The notes below the pieces were generated by a model that was given only the letters and a program-made list of their open reading frames with translations, ran no database searches and had not been told where the DNA came from. This document shows, in pieces, positions 1 through 12,600 of a stretch of DNA of 64,000 nucleotides. A program made the position numbers and the translations under genes. Within the stretch, counting starts at the first letter, position 1, and each line of letters opens with the position of its first letter. The DNA lies in assembly GCF_006345805.1 (NCBI RefSeq), contig NC_042997.1, positions 93,682,001-93,746,000 on the forward strand, written 5' to 3'. This DNA comes from Octopus sinensis (Eukaryota).

Positions 1-559
1 GATAACTAAGTTATTTTACTAAATTTTTTGTTATATTTAAAGTAATTGAAAGAAACACAGAGCATCTCAAAATAAATACAGTAACTAAAGGGTTAAAGCT
101 TTTTGTCACAAAGTTGTATTGGATAGATAGATCCAGCTAATGATAACCATATGGCTGAAACTCAGAACATTCTTGCATTAACTTTGGTTCAACCTACTCA
201 GGAACATTAGCACCAAAACTGAAGTGAAGCAGTTTTGACTGGAAATTGAGATGGGTTTGTGTTTTTAATTTACTAAAAGCCTACCAATAGACCATATCAT
301 TTGATCCTATCTTAAGTGTGTTCCTGTTTCTTTATGCGTAACATATAGAGCAAATTTAATGGAGATAATTATTTTTGATGAGTCACCTAGTTCTAAAAAT
401 GATTTCTTCACATTGGTACAAGTCTACACATTTGTAAGACTGAGATGTTGTTGACTTCACTACATAACTGATAGTTGTTTTGACCTTGATAAGACTTCAA
501 CTTAGATGTGGGATATGATTAAATACTGAAAGGTGTTTCAGTACCTTTGTCTCCTCTGC

Positions 560-1010
560 TCCAACCCTTCATTCTAATGATAATTACACTGAGTAATAAA
601 ATTTTTATTTTTTGTCTTTGGTCCGTAAGTGTTATTTTCCTAATCAAAGGATATGACTACTATTCTCTTCAAACTTTGCTTTTGCAACTTGGACATCAGT
701 GTCTTGAAACTGACATTACATTTCAGACAGATTCAGTGCTGAGTTGCTGAGGCAGAAATATCGTTATAGCAAATATTCTGTTCAATACCACATATTTGCT
801 TATCAGTTGCTTGACCTTAACCACTTGAGCATGTCCCTTGGTGAGCAGGAGCGTCATAGCCAGGTGTTGAGAGGGATTCTTTGGGGGTTTGAATAAATGT
901 AACAAAAGCAAAGTTTGAAGGAAATATTAGCCTTTTCCATACTTTCTAGAAGTAAGCAAATAGGAAATAACAGTTACTACCCCTAAAAATTGTTACACAG
1001 TGTTAATGTT
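560..1010. repeat. Unclassified interspersed repeat, copy 1
   Basis: Clear similarity to 47085-47610 in the same orientation (e.g. gcagaaata-c-ttatagcaaatattctg, cagttgcttgaccttaacca-ttgagcatgtcc). Confidence 0.75.
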
Positions 1011-1600
1011 TATGACTGGCCAATTTTATTAGGGAATTTTTTTTTCTTTTTATGTCCAGTCAATTGATTAATTAGACATCTGTCTGCATACAATTGGTAC
1101 TTTAGTTGCTAACTTTAACGAACTGAACTCAACCCTGATGTTATTTGAACTCAGAGTAATGAAGCACTGAACCAGGTATACAGTAAAGAAGGCTTATGTA
1201 GCTCAGAAAATAGCTAAGACATTATTGCCATAAGCTTCTGTAGATTTTCAAATGAAATGGATGAATATTTATATTTTTAGTTATAAATAAGAAAGGGTGG
1301 TGATGCTTTCTAAGTTTAATTTCTGCTCGTATGTTTATAGAACACCTTCCTTTCCTCATCATTTTATCCTTATAAATAAATATTCTCAAATTATTCCAAG
1401 GTCATATTGAACCTATTCCTCTCTCCCAATGGATCTAAGTAGTCTGAAGATGCATATCTTATAGACTTCCTTAAAACTTTGAGACTAGTTTCCCTACCTT
1501 CATCATCATCAATGTAATAATTTCCATCAATAATAAATATGAATTCTTCATTTTCTCATACTCCTCTAAGCCATTGATATATATGTTTTGTATGTGTTAG

Positions 1601-1775
1601 GTGTGGTATTCTTCCAATCCTGTAACTTTAAGATATAAATATAACATGAAGAACCTGACCTGGAAGTACACTCAGTTTTCTCAATTTAATGAAACGAATA
1701 CACTTTTGTTGGTGTCTGGAGTTTACTTTGGTGAAATGAGCACTTCTGGAGAGATAGCAGTTTTCAGCCTTACTG
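1601..1775 (+). CDS. FBXW5: FBXW5 internal exon (VWYSSNP...SGEIAVFSLT)
   Basis: tgttag acceptor at 1595-1600 and gtaagt donor at 1776; WKYTQFSQFN and LLVSGV..SGEIAV motifs. Confidence 0.93.
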
Positions 1776-3592
1776 GTAAGTGAGTGAAATTTACTTCCAA
1801 CTTTCTCCAATGAAAAGTATTTAAATAGCATTCTAATAATTATTTTGATCTCTTAGTAAGATATTTAAATTAATTCAGATTGGTTATTATATATATATAT
1901 ATATTGTTGTATTTAGGAATGGTCATTTTGCCAATTTAGCCAATAAAAACAATAAAAATATGTGTGTGTATGAAATCTGAGCATTTTTTTTTATTGTTCA
2001 TTGCATTTACAGCGTGTGTATGTGTATATATTACACACACACACACACAGAGGGAGAGAGCTTCCGTTGGTTAAAATTAGCCATGCATCTACACATGCAT
2101 GCATAGTTCTGGGCAAATTTTTTGAAGAAGACAAAATTGATACAATCAAGCTGTTATTTAGAGACAAAGATCACTACATTTTAGGATTCATACATAGCGG
2201 ATATAAGCTGGAATAAGGTGAAAGAAAGCAATCTTAAACAATGATTATTAGTTATTAAAAATGTGTTATTTGAAACTAACCAAAGTTAGATTGTAGTTAG
2301 TAATTACATAAGTGAATCAGCAAACAGCATATGCAAGTTTAAATTCCTGAATTCAAATCTGACCCACCAAAACTTTAAAAATTATTGCAGATGAATGTTT
2401 TAGTACTGATATTCACAAAGTTTGCTGTAAAAATATTAAAGATTGAATTTGATGGTCATTTTGGTTTAACCCCTTAGCATATAAACTGGCCATATCCAAC
2501 ATGAATAATCTACCTGTTTAATTTTCAAATTGGCCAGATCCGGCCTCTTACACCTACCCTACAATGTCATTCTAAAAATAATCATGTCATTGACATCTCA
2601 AAGCTACAAGGTAATGCATGATTAATTCAAATCAGTATAAATAAATAAGCATTACATTTGATAGAGAAATCTGAATGCTAAAGGGTTAAAGAATGGTAAC
2701 AAACATGAATCCTACAGCCCACAGACAAAAATCATTAAATAGGTAATGATGCAAGAACTGCTGAAGTACTAGTAACTTGTAATTTATACCTTCTGATTTA
2801 CCATGTCATCTGTAGACAAACACCATCAACCACTTGTTTCCAGAATTGCACAGACTTGCACATAAACACTATGACTAATTTATAATTCCAATTATTATTC
2901 TGCAATGTTAAATTGTGAAAGAGCATGTAACTCCAGAAAGTTTGCAAAGTTGATTTAGCAGCCTGTATTTTGAGGTTCATTGATGATTAGATTCCGCAAA
3001 TAATTATACACAGTATAACTTGAAAATAGTAACATTTGAAACTGGTCAGCTGGGAAAGTTTTTCATGTTCTATATTTATTGCACGAAGGTGCAGGCATGG
3101 CTATGTGGTAAGAAGTTTGCCCTCCAACCAAATGGTCCCAGGTTCAGTCCCACTGCATGATCCCTTGGACAAGTGTCTTCTACTATAGTTTTGGTTCAAC
3201 CAAAATCTTGTGAGTAGATTTGGTAGACAGAAACTGAAAGAAACCCATTATGTATATATGTGTGTGTATGTATATATATATATATATATATATATTGCTA
3301 GAAATGGTAAGACAACAAAAGAATGAAATAGACCTTGATATTGTGTAAATAGAGGAATTTATCTGTAAATGTAATATGAGACAATTATTCGGTAGCCATG
3401 ATAAAACTCTGGTTTCAGATGTTGGGGTGGAAATCTATGCTGCCATCTCTTCAGTTATCTGGCCATCGGAAAAAATGCCCTTTTTTCCGATGGCCAGATA
3501 ACTGAAGAGATGGCGGTGTGGATTTCCACCCCAACATCCAAAACTCAAAGTTTTATCATGGCTACCGAATAATTGTCACATGTTACAGTTAC

Positions 3593-3632
<40 letters not shown>

Positions 3633-6600
3633 GAAATATGTTACGAAAAGAAAATATAAAATACACGTGGAAATGTAAGGGTAAAATATGAAAAAATCAA
3701 CGAAAATGCACATTGCAAATAAAAAAAGGCTTTTTATGACAGGTAATGACAAATATATACATTTACATGGACTGAGGTAGTAATAAAGGTCATAAAAGTC
3801 ATTATTATGAGATGATTATAAGATGATAATAAAGTAAGAAAACAAAGCGAACCATGGTTTTGGCAAAAAGCTATTCGTCGCTTTGAAAACACCAGCTAAT
3901 ACACAGTGTTAGGTCTAATAGTTCCTGAGAAATATATATATATATATATATTGATGTGTGTGTGTTTTTGCATCTGTGTGACTAAAATTTTTCAAGGCAG
4001 TGCCTCAGCATGACCAGTTTGATGACTGAAACATGTAAAAGATAAAAGCCTAACTGTATCTGAAGGATGGCTGGAGGATGAAAACCATTATTGCAATGGA
4101 AAAATAAATGACATAAAATGAATGCACAAAACCTCTATAGTTTGACTTACGAAGTTGGATAGGATGGTAGTAGGGAAGGTTTCTCTGGTCACATATTGTT
4201 ACATAATCATCATAATAAAATTGTATTTAGAGTAGAGAAATTGTGTCTGGTTCTGATTTCGAATAGATAAGACTATGCGGTAAAAATAAGGGAGCTCAGG
4301 TGCTTAGCTTTCAGTGTGTGAGTTGTTAGTCAAAAACTGTGTAGAAGCCTGTAAAACAGTACATTAAGTTGCATCCTTTTATGTCAAAAGGTGTCTTAAC
4401 CATTCAATAAAATAAGTACAAGGGTTGATAATATTTATTGAAAATCTAAAGTTAAGTACTCCAGTTTGGCTTGAAATCAATATAATATTATTAGATTTAA
4501 GTTTAAAAAAATGTATTTTCATGTAATTAAATATTACCCTTTCTCTGTCTTTCAGATGAATTTCAATTACAGTGTCGTGTTTTAAATAAACCTTATGATG
4601 TTTTTGGTACTTGGTACAATTCAAGCTATTTACTCTCTGGTCATCTGCACTGGTTTGGTCCTGTACAGTCCTATTGTGATATCTGGCTGAACAAAGTAAG
4701 TTTCATTAATGTTGCCATTAGTTTAAGAGAGCAAGTACTATATTAGACTAAGAGATGGCAGTCAGTGGATTACTGCTAGTTGAACTAACCTCTCTTATAA
4801 ATGTACTAATGAAATGTTTAGATGTACAAATCCATCTTAGCCATGATTTTGATTTGACATGCTACTAGATATATTCTGTCAGATTTGGAAAATAAAAAGC
4901 TAAATAACTTATCTCCAAAATGTTCAGAGATAATATACACTACATGAAAACCAATTGGTAGCTTTAACTTGTATTATGCAGGGGGCATTAGAAACAATTT
5001 TAAGTGAGAAGAAAATGTTAGTGTCAATGACTAATGTTATTTTTTCATTTTCTGGGCAAGCTCAAAGAACATTTCCACATATTTGAACTAGTGCTAGAAA
5101 TAGCAGCCATATCTTTTACACATCACTGTATTAGTTTTAAAACAAACTGAAGAACAATACAAGTACAATCCTATATATTTACTTTGGGATTCATTTGTTG
5201 CAGTTATCTCATACAAAAGGTGAATTGTATTTGATATTGTAATGACTTAGATATGACACAATCTGGTTGCACTCTACTTTGCTTTTCAAGTAAAATTTCA
5301 CCTTGCAAATAAAGTAGGATACAACCAGAATAAGATTGAAAAATTATATAGATGTCTACAATGTTTAGCCTTAAAATGATAAAATATTAGTCCTAGACTA
5401 ATAGAGTTTCTTTTTCTCACTGCATACGTGTTTGTAGTTAGTTTTGCAATGTTGCATGCGTTAAATATGTTAAGACTAACATATTTAATATGTTTTCAAA
5501 TCACTCAATTGTCTGGCTAATTTTGAAGCTATTTTGGATAAAATGGAGATTTATTTAGTAAAGTAAAACTTGTGGCTAATTTAAATATATCACTGTTGTG
5601 CATATCATTTTGACAAGCTGGGTTGTGGAAAACAGGCTACCTTGGTTTTGCTTCCTTCACTTATATTTGGTAAAAACCTGGCCATTTTTCATTTTGGTAG
5701 CTGGTGCTAAGAGCAGACAGTTGTAAATAAACTGATCCACTTTTTGTCTGGAAGTAGGACTCACTTTAGGTTACTTTAAGTTGTTTTTTTTTTTTGTTTT
5801 TTTTTTACAAGAGTCATGATTTTTGCCTGAAGCTAAAAATTTAATTTTATTAATTAGACATCTCTGTAATTAAACTCTTATTTACATCTAAGCGAATATA
5901 TATACATGTAATTGATGTGACCTATGCAATATTTGATCATTATCTTTCTCTATAAATGTTATTCTCTAAGTAATATGCTTTCTTGTTACAGGCATTTCAA
6001 GCAACTGACTCTGAACACGAGTCTGTTGTGATGCTGATGTACCGTTTCAAAAATATAAATGCTAGTTCTATTCGAGCTATTATGATTGCAAACTGTATGA
6101 CAGAGGATGAAAATCATTCTAGTGAGGATTTAACTGCAAATAACAGTACAGAAGATCAAGCAGAATCTTCTAGTGAAAAAGATGTTGATTTGAATGGCAA
6201 AAATCCTAAAAACTCTGTTCCTTTACGGGTCTCATCATGTACAAGGGCTTCTAATTGTCCAAATTGCAATAAAAGACGAGCTGATAAAATATCTCAACAG
6301 AAGGCCACATGTACGAATGGTGAGCAAACTAAACGTAGCTGCAAGAATCTTCAATGTATTAATTTAATTCAAAATAGAAAGCTTCAAAATCATATGCTGG
6401 CAGTTTCTAATGATGATGTTGAGGATAAAAATACAATTGATTCTAGTGAAGATTACCAAAATGCAGAAGCCACAAGATTTGATGATTTAGACTCTGATAT
6501 TTCTGATACATTAGTAATGAATTCTTCTGATTCTGAAGAATGTCTATGTATGTCTGACTGTTCTGGAGTTTTAAGCAACAGTAATCGCTGCAACAGCAGT

Positions 6601-9600
6601 ACAAACAATGAATTATTTGAATCTAAACCTCTTGAAGAAAAATTAAATAATGATAAAGATTCAGATAAATGTTCTATGCCTGGTTGTGTTAGAGATCCAA
6701 GAAGCTGTTCTCCTGCTGGAGTATGGATTCCCAAAAGAAATACAAATATCCGCAAGAATTTAAGGTTTTCATCTGCTACAACTTCACTGAAAGATATAGA
6801 AGAAATATCTAAGAAGGCTAGTGACTCAAAGGAAAACACAAAAGTTCATGACAAATACCTTATTTTTACAACGGGTTCTAAAACTTACACACCTCATCAG
6901 ATTGGTATTAAAAAAATTCATTCTCTTGAAGCTGTACATTATGAAAATGTGGAAGAGTCTGAAGATGGTGTAAGGTTGCTCCCAAATGTGGAAGACAATC
7001 AACCAGGATCCCCTCACAAGTTTGATGAAGTCGATCATCTTATTGAACTTGATGGCCATATTATTGGCATGTGTTTGTCACCTGACCATAGGTAACACTT
7101 GAATTTTTCTTTATTTTCAAACCTTTTCTTAGAAATAAGAATTTTTTCTATCTATTTTAAGTCAACACTTGCTACAGATTCCTACGTGACTAATAATGCT
7201 TGTAATCACTATCACTTATAGCTGTTCTCATTAGGTTGTATAAGAGGAGTGGCATTAATGATGATGAAACGTATGTTGCACAACCAGTTTTATTTGCCAG
7301 TCTACGAGTTCCTTTTATTTTTTTATATATTTTACAAGGTTGAGAGGGGACAGACTGTTAATATATTTTTTCATGATTAGAAAGTAGTGTTGTGAATCAC
7401 TGATTAAATTAGGTTGTTATATTATTTTGAAAGTCTAAGGTTTAAAATTTTCTAATAAGCTAGTGGTAAGGCATTTCATAAATTTAGGACTGCATCATTT
7501 GATTAATTTTTACATATTAATAATGTTAATTGACAATGGGTAGAGTTTAATCCTTTAGCATTCAGATTACTCTGTCAAATGTAATGTTTATTTATTTACA
7601 TTCTTTTGAATTAATCCTGCATTATCTTGTAGCTTTGCGATTTTGATGGTATGATTGTATATTTTGAGAATGACATTTTAGGGTAGGTGTGAGAGGCAAG
7701 ATCTGGCCAGTTTAAACATAAAATAAGTATATTTTGGCCAGATATGGCTGGTTTAAATGCTAAAGGGTTAAAACAGATTTGAAGAGCGAGTAACTCTTAA
7801 ACCCAATTAACTAACAGTATATGTTGGATTTAATAATCAAAAATTCTTTTATTTCAAAATATGTCTCTCTCTTGTTTTTGTACATTTTTTACATTATTTT
7901 TCATTTCATTATTTTATTCCTTCAAACAAGATGATTTCAGTATAATCTGCCATTTATAATTAATCTATTTGCACTTAACAACCACACTCTGTTATCATTA
8001 CCATCATCATTTAACATCTGTTTTCTATGTTGGCTTAGTTGGGACTGTTTGACACAAGCTCTACTGTGCCAAATTATACTGTCTGCTTTGGCATGGTTTC
8101 TACAGCTAGATGCCCTTCCTAATATCAACCACTTTAGAGAGTGTATTGGGTGCTTTTTATGTGACACCAGCACCAGTGAGGTCACCAAATAACTTGCAAA
8201 ACAAAGACCCGTCAATCAACTGAGCAGGGATTAGTGTTGAGGGAGAAAAGGCTTTGTGTCAAATGGTGAGAGATTAGAGTATGATAGAAGGACAAAAACA
8301 GGTTGTCTTGCAGTATAGGAGACACATGGCTACTCCATTTGGAAAAGGAGAGTAAAGATGGCAATGTGTCAGTGCATACCCTCAAGTTACCGGGAGGTAT
8401 ATACAAGTGAAGGGGTAAACTCATGCTGACATGGGTTGAACAAGATTTCTTAGGTGGTTATTCTTCAGCAACTCTTTCCAATACCAACCCTTATTTGTTT
8501 TCTAGTACTTCATTTTTCTAGTCTTCACATTTACACTGCTAAGTTGCAGGACATAAGAATATCCAAGCAGTATTAATGAGAACTAGCAAGCGTACCCGGT
8601 GTTGCCCGGGTTTGTTAGTTCAAAAACGCTTTGAAACTAATAAAGCAATTAATACCTCACTCCCTTAAACACCTATCATGCTTTATGGCAAGACTAACAC
8701 TTAAGTAACTCCTAAAGGGAACTGCACATATAATATTACGACAACAATCAAGTGAAAAAATAAAGCAACAAAAATTTTAACAGCAATAACATAGGACTGA
8801 AATATAGCGCCAGTACAGCAAGTCTACAAAACTTCCTTATAAACAACATTTTTAGTTTTCCCTTGGTGGGGATGAAGGCATGTAAACTGTTCCTACAACC
8901 CTCTCTTGAGCAGCCAACGTACAGTTGACCATGTGAAAAGCATGGTTCGGCTCAGTAAAGTCCAATGACAGACACCAACTGCCCCTGGAACTTATTAATT
9001 GACATGGCATAACTGGGTCTAATTGGAAGCTGTACTCTGTAGAATGTGAACGGTAAGTCAGCAGCTGAAGGCACAGGGGGGATTCAAGGTATGAAGATCT
9101 CTTGACCTTTACCACAGATGGTCATAATCATTGCTTCAATGTCATTGGGAAGTAATTTTGTGATAACAACATTGGTGGATTTAAATTCCTTATCAGCATA
9201 ATAGGGCTACCCACTTTAAGAGTAACAATATGTGTAGGTACACCTGAAGGCTCCAAGGAATCCAAAAATTCAGTGGGATAGTCAACTACCTCATCCTGAT
9301 TGGGAATGGTGTCTACTGACTTGTAGACTGTTGCGTCCCCAGGCAAACACAGTAAGAGGCTGTTGTTGATTGCACTGACCGCAACGTTTTTAGGAGCCAA
9401 AATGGCTCTTTGGCAAAGCCAATCTAGATCTCTATTGTGGACTTCTAGGCCTGTGAAAGCCTGGTCCTGAAGACTCAGGATAGTACTGGCTATTGTGCAA
9501 ATGTTACTTATGTCAACATCTTCATTTCTATCTTCTGGAACTTCACCACTGCCAAGAAGGTGAATATCCCTCACAAAATCTGACAATTGGTCCTCATGGA

Positions 9601-12600
9601 GATGCACTCTCATGTTGGATTCTAACTTTAAAATAACAACATGACCCCATAGAGGGGAAGACTTAAGACACACCAATACTTCACCAGCCCTTGTGCCTTT
9701 TGTAATCACTGGCAAGGTTTGTCTAAAGTCCCCAGATAGCAAGACAGTGACACCCCCACCATCAGTTCGTGGCTTTCCTTTATGTCTCGCAAAGTTCTAT
9801 CTAATGCCTCAAGGGCACCCTGGTCAGCTATTGTGCATTCATCCCAAACAATCAGGACATAAGAATATCCAAGCAGTATTGTGCAAGCAATTGCCTGTTG
9901 TCTAACATCTTCAAAATGTTGCAAACAGGCGTTGGTGAACTTGTGAGGTTAAGGGGAAGCTTAAACGTATAGTGTGTAGTCCTACTACCAGGGAGCATGT
10001 AGCAGCTATGCCCAAAGTTGCCACAGCTATTGCAATGCACTTTTGTAGCCTTACTCAATTGACTTTCAGCAACAATGATTTCTAGTTACTCTGGCTCAAA
10101 GTTTCCCTGTTATGCAACATAATAATGACACTATAAATGTGACCTGAAATGTTAATCAAGCACTGAATTCAATCTGTTACTTCTCTGTCTTAGGTCTCTT
10201 AGAACAAAACTAACCAGTAACATAGTTTTCTGGTGATTTAACATCTCACATGGGCAAATTATATATAATCACCAGTTTATGAAATAAACCTGCATTTTGT
10301 GAGGTTTTGATGCAGTCACAAGTAAATTGCTGGTGAAATGGATTTGTTTAAATTTTAAAACGGGTTATACGATTGAGAACATTGATATTAATGGGAATAC
10401 TTAACAAACAACCCTATCATTAAAATATAGCAATTTTAGTATGATTAAATTCTGATGAGAAGCACCATTTTAGTTGTCCTCTTACTAGTTGATAACTATA
10501 ACACCATCCTGTCATTTCCATTATAACACCTTTTGTTGATTTTTGCTTTTGTCAGTATTACAGTTTATTTTTTACCATCTTTCTTAACCATCATTTTATT
10601 GTCCTCATTATTTCATCATCTTAAGACAGCAAGCTGGCAGAATCATTAGCATGCTGGATGAAATGCTTTGCAGTATTTTGACCATCGCTATGTTCTGAGT
10701 TCAAATTCTGCCAAAGTTGACTTTGCCTTACATCCTTTCAGGGTCGATAAATTAAGTACCAGTTGTGTACTGGGATCAATATAAATGACTTAACTTCTCC
10801 TCAAAATTTTCAGGCTTCGTGCCTATAGTAGAAAGGATTATTTTATCGTCTTTGAATCATCAATTTCATTGTATTGCTATATTCCATATTCAACGTGTTA
10901 CTGTCTTCATGTTATGATGTTTCACTACTATCACATCACTGCTTTTTTTTTTCTCTGCTGTACTAAAATCAAAATCCTCTTAAGCCATGACAAAGCTTAT
11001 AACATCAAATTACCTCAGATGGAATAGAGAAAGGATTTTGGCTCAAGGCTATAACTAAACTAACTCTTCTATTAATGTATGCAAATTTTTCTTGCCCATA
11101 TAAACCACGAAGTCACTCAAGTTCCAGTTAGTTTGGTATTCCCCAACACGATCGTTCTCTCATCTCATTTGCCTGGTGATGGGGCAGGGGTTATGTAGTG
11201 TCCTAGTTCAACACAATACTATCTCTTAACTCTTTGATTAACAGGCCAACACTTTATCTTCTCAGTCTTCACATCTGCATGCCAAATGTTTAAATAAAAT
11301 TTTAATTTCTCTTTCATTGTTTCAGATATCTTTATGTAAACAGCCGGCCCTGGCCTAAAAATTGTAGCATTGAAAATCCACTAACACCACCTCCCATTGC
11401 CCAGGAGATTGATATCCATGTGATAGACTTGGTCCACATGAAGGAAATGGGCACCATGCACAGGTCCCATAAAGCATACACTCCAAATGATGAGTGTTTC
11501 TTTATTTTCCTTGATGTCTGTGATGAATTTGTTGCAAGGTAAGTAAAGTATCAAACTTAAACCTGTTTTAAAGATTTTTGGGGGTTTTTTTTTTTCTGTA
11601 ACAAACACCACTGTGTTTTAATAGTGCTGCATGTGACTGACTGACTGACCAGTCTCATATTGTATTAACATTCTTTTCTTTTCTACTCTAGGCACAAAGG
11701 CCTGAAATTTTTTGGGAGTGGGGAGGGGGGCTGTCAATTAGATCAACCTCAGTATGCAACTGGTACTTAATTTATCAACCCCGAAAGGATGAAAGGCAAA
11801 GTTGACCTCGGTGGAATTTGAACTCAGAACGTAAAGACAGACACCCGGCATGCTAACGTTTCTGCCAGCTCGCCACCTTTTTATTAACATTAAGCCATGT
11901 TTCTGCTAAAGAGATTTTTTTAGAATTGTTGGGATGGGTAATTTACAATTCAAAACTATTTGATTATAAAGCAGGAATATTATCTGCATACTAATCTGTG
12001 TAGGTAGCAATATGTCTCTCCTTAGGACTTACTTCCTTGCAGTAGCAATAAGTGGTGAAGATATTTAAACACTGTACCAGCACATCTTTATGGTTACTAA
12101 TACCTTTATTAAAGAACATTTTCTAATTGAGAAAAACATTTAATTTCAGACTTCCATTGGCTTTATAAATGTAGACCTTGAAAACATTCTCTGTTGTAGA
12201 AATGGCAGCCTATTCTTCTTTAAAATGTACAAAGACACAATTGTTACAAATCAAGCAAACATTCATCCTTCTCTATGTACGATGAGACACTAAAACCCTC
12301 AAAGCTGCTCCAAATTTTAGGCATTACAATCTCTAATGACACTCCATGACAACCTCATTGTTATCATCATCGTTTAATGTCCATTTTCCATGCTGGCATG
12401 GGTTGGACAGTTTGACAGGCACTGGCCAGCCAGGGAGGTATCCAAACTGCAGTTGTCCATCTTGGCATGGTTTCTACAGCTGGATGTCTTTTGTAATGCC
12501 AACCACTTTATAGAGTGTGCTGGGTGCTGCTTACATGCCACCGGCATGAGTGCATGTTATGTGACACAGGCACCTGTGAAGGACATGCCTATATGTATAT

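Noticed and set aside
3850-3935. Possible decayed hammerhead on - (ctcagga...cgacgaatagct)
   Set aside because: Both core boxes deviate and no convincing stems are present.
6453-7059. Antisense ORFs of 128 and 77 aa
   Set aside because: Shadow frames of the FBXW5 exon with no independent features.
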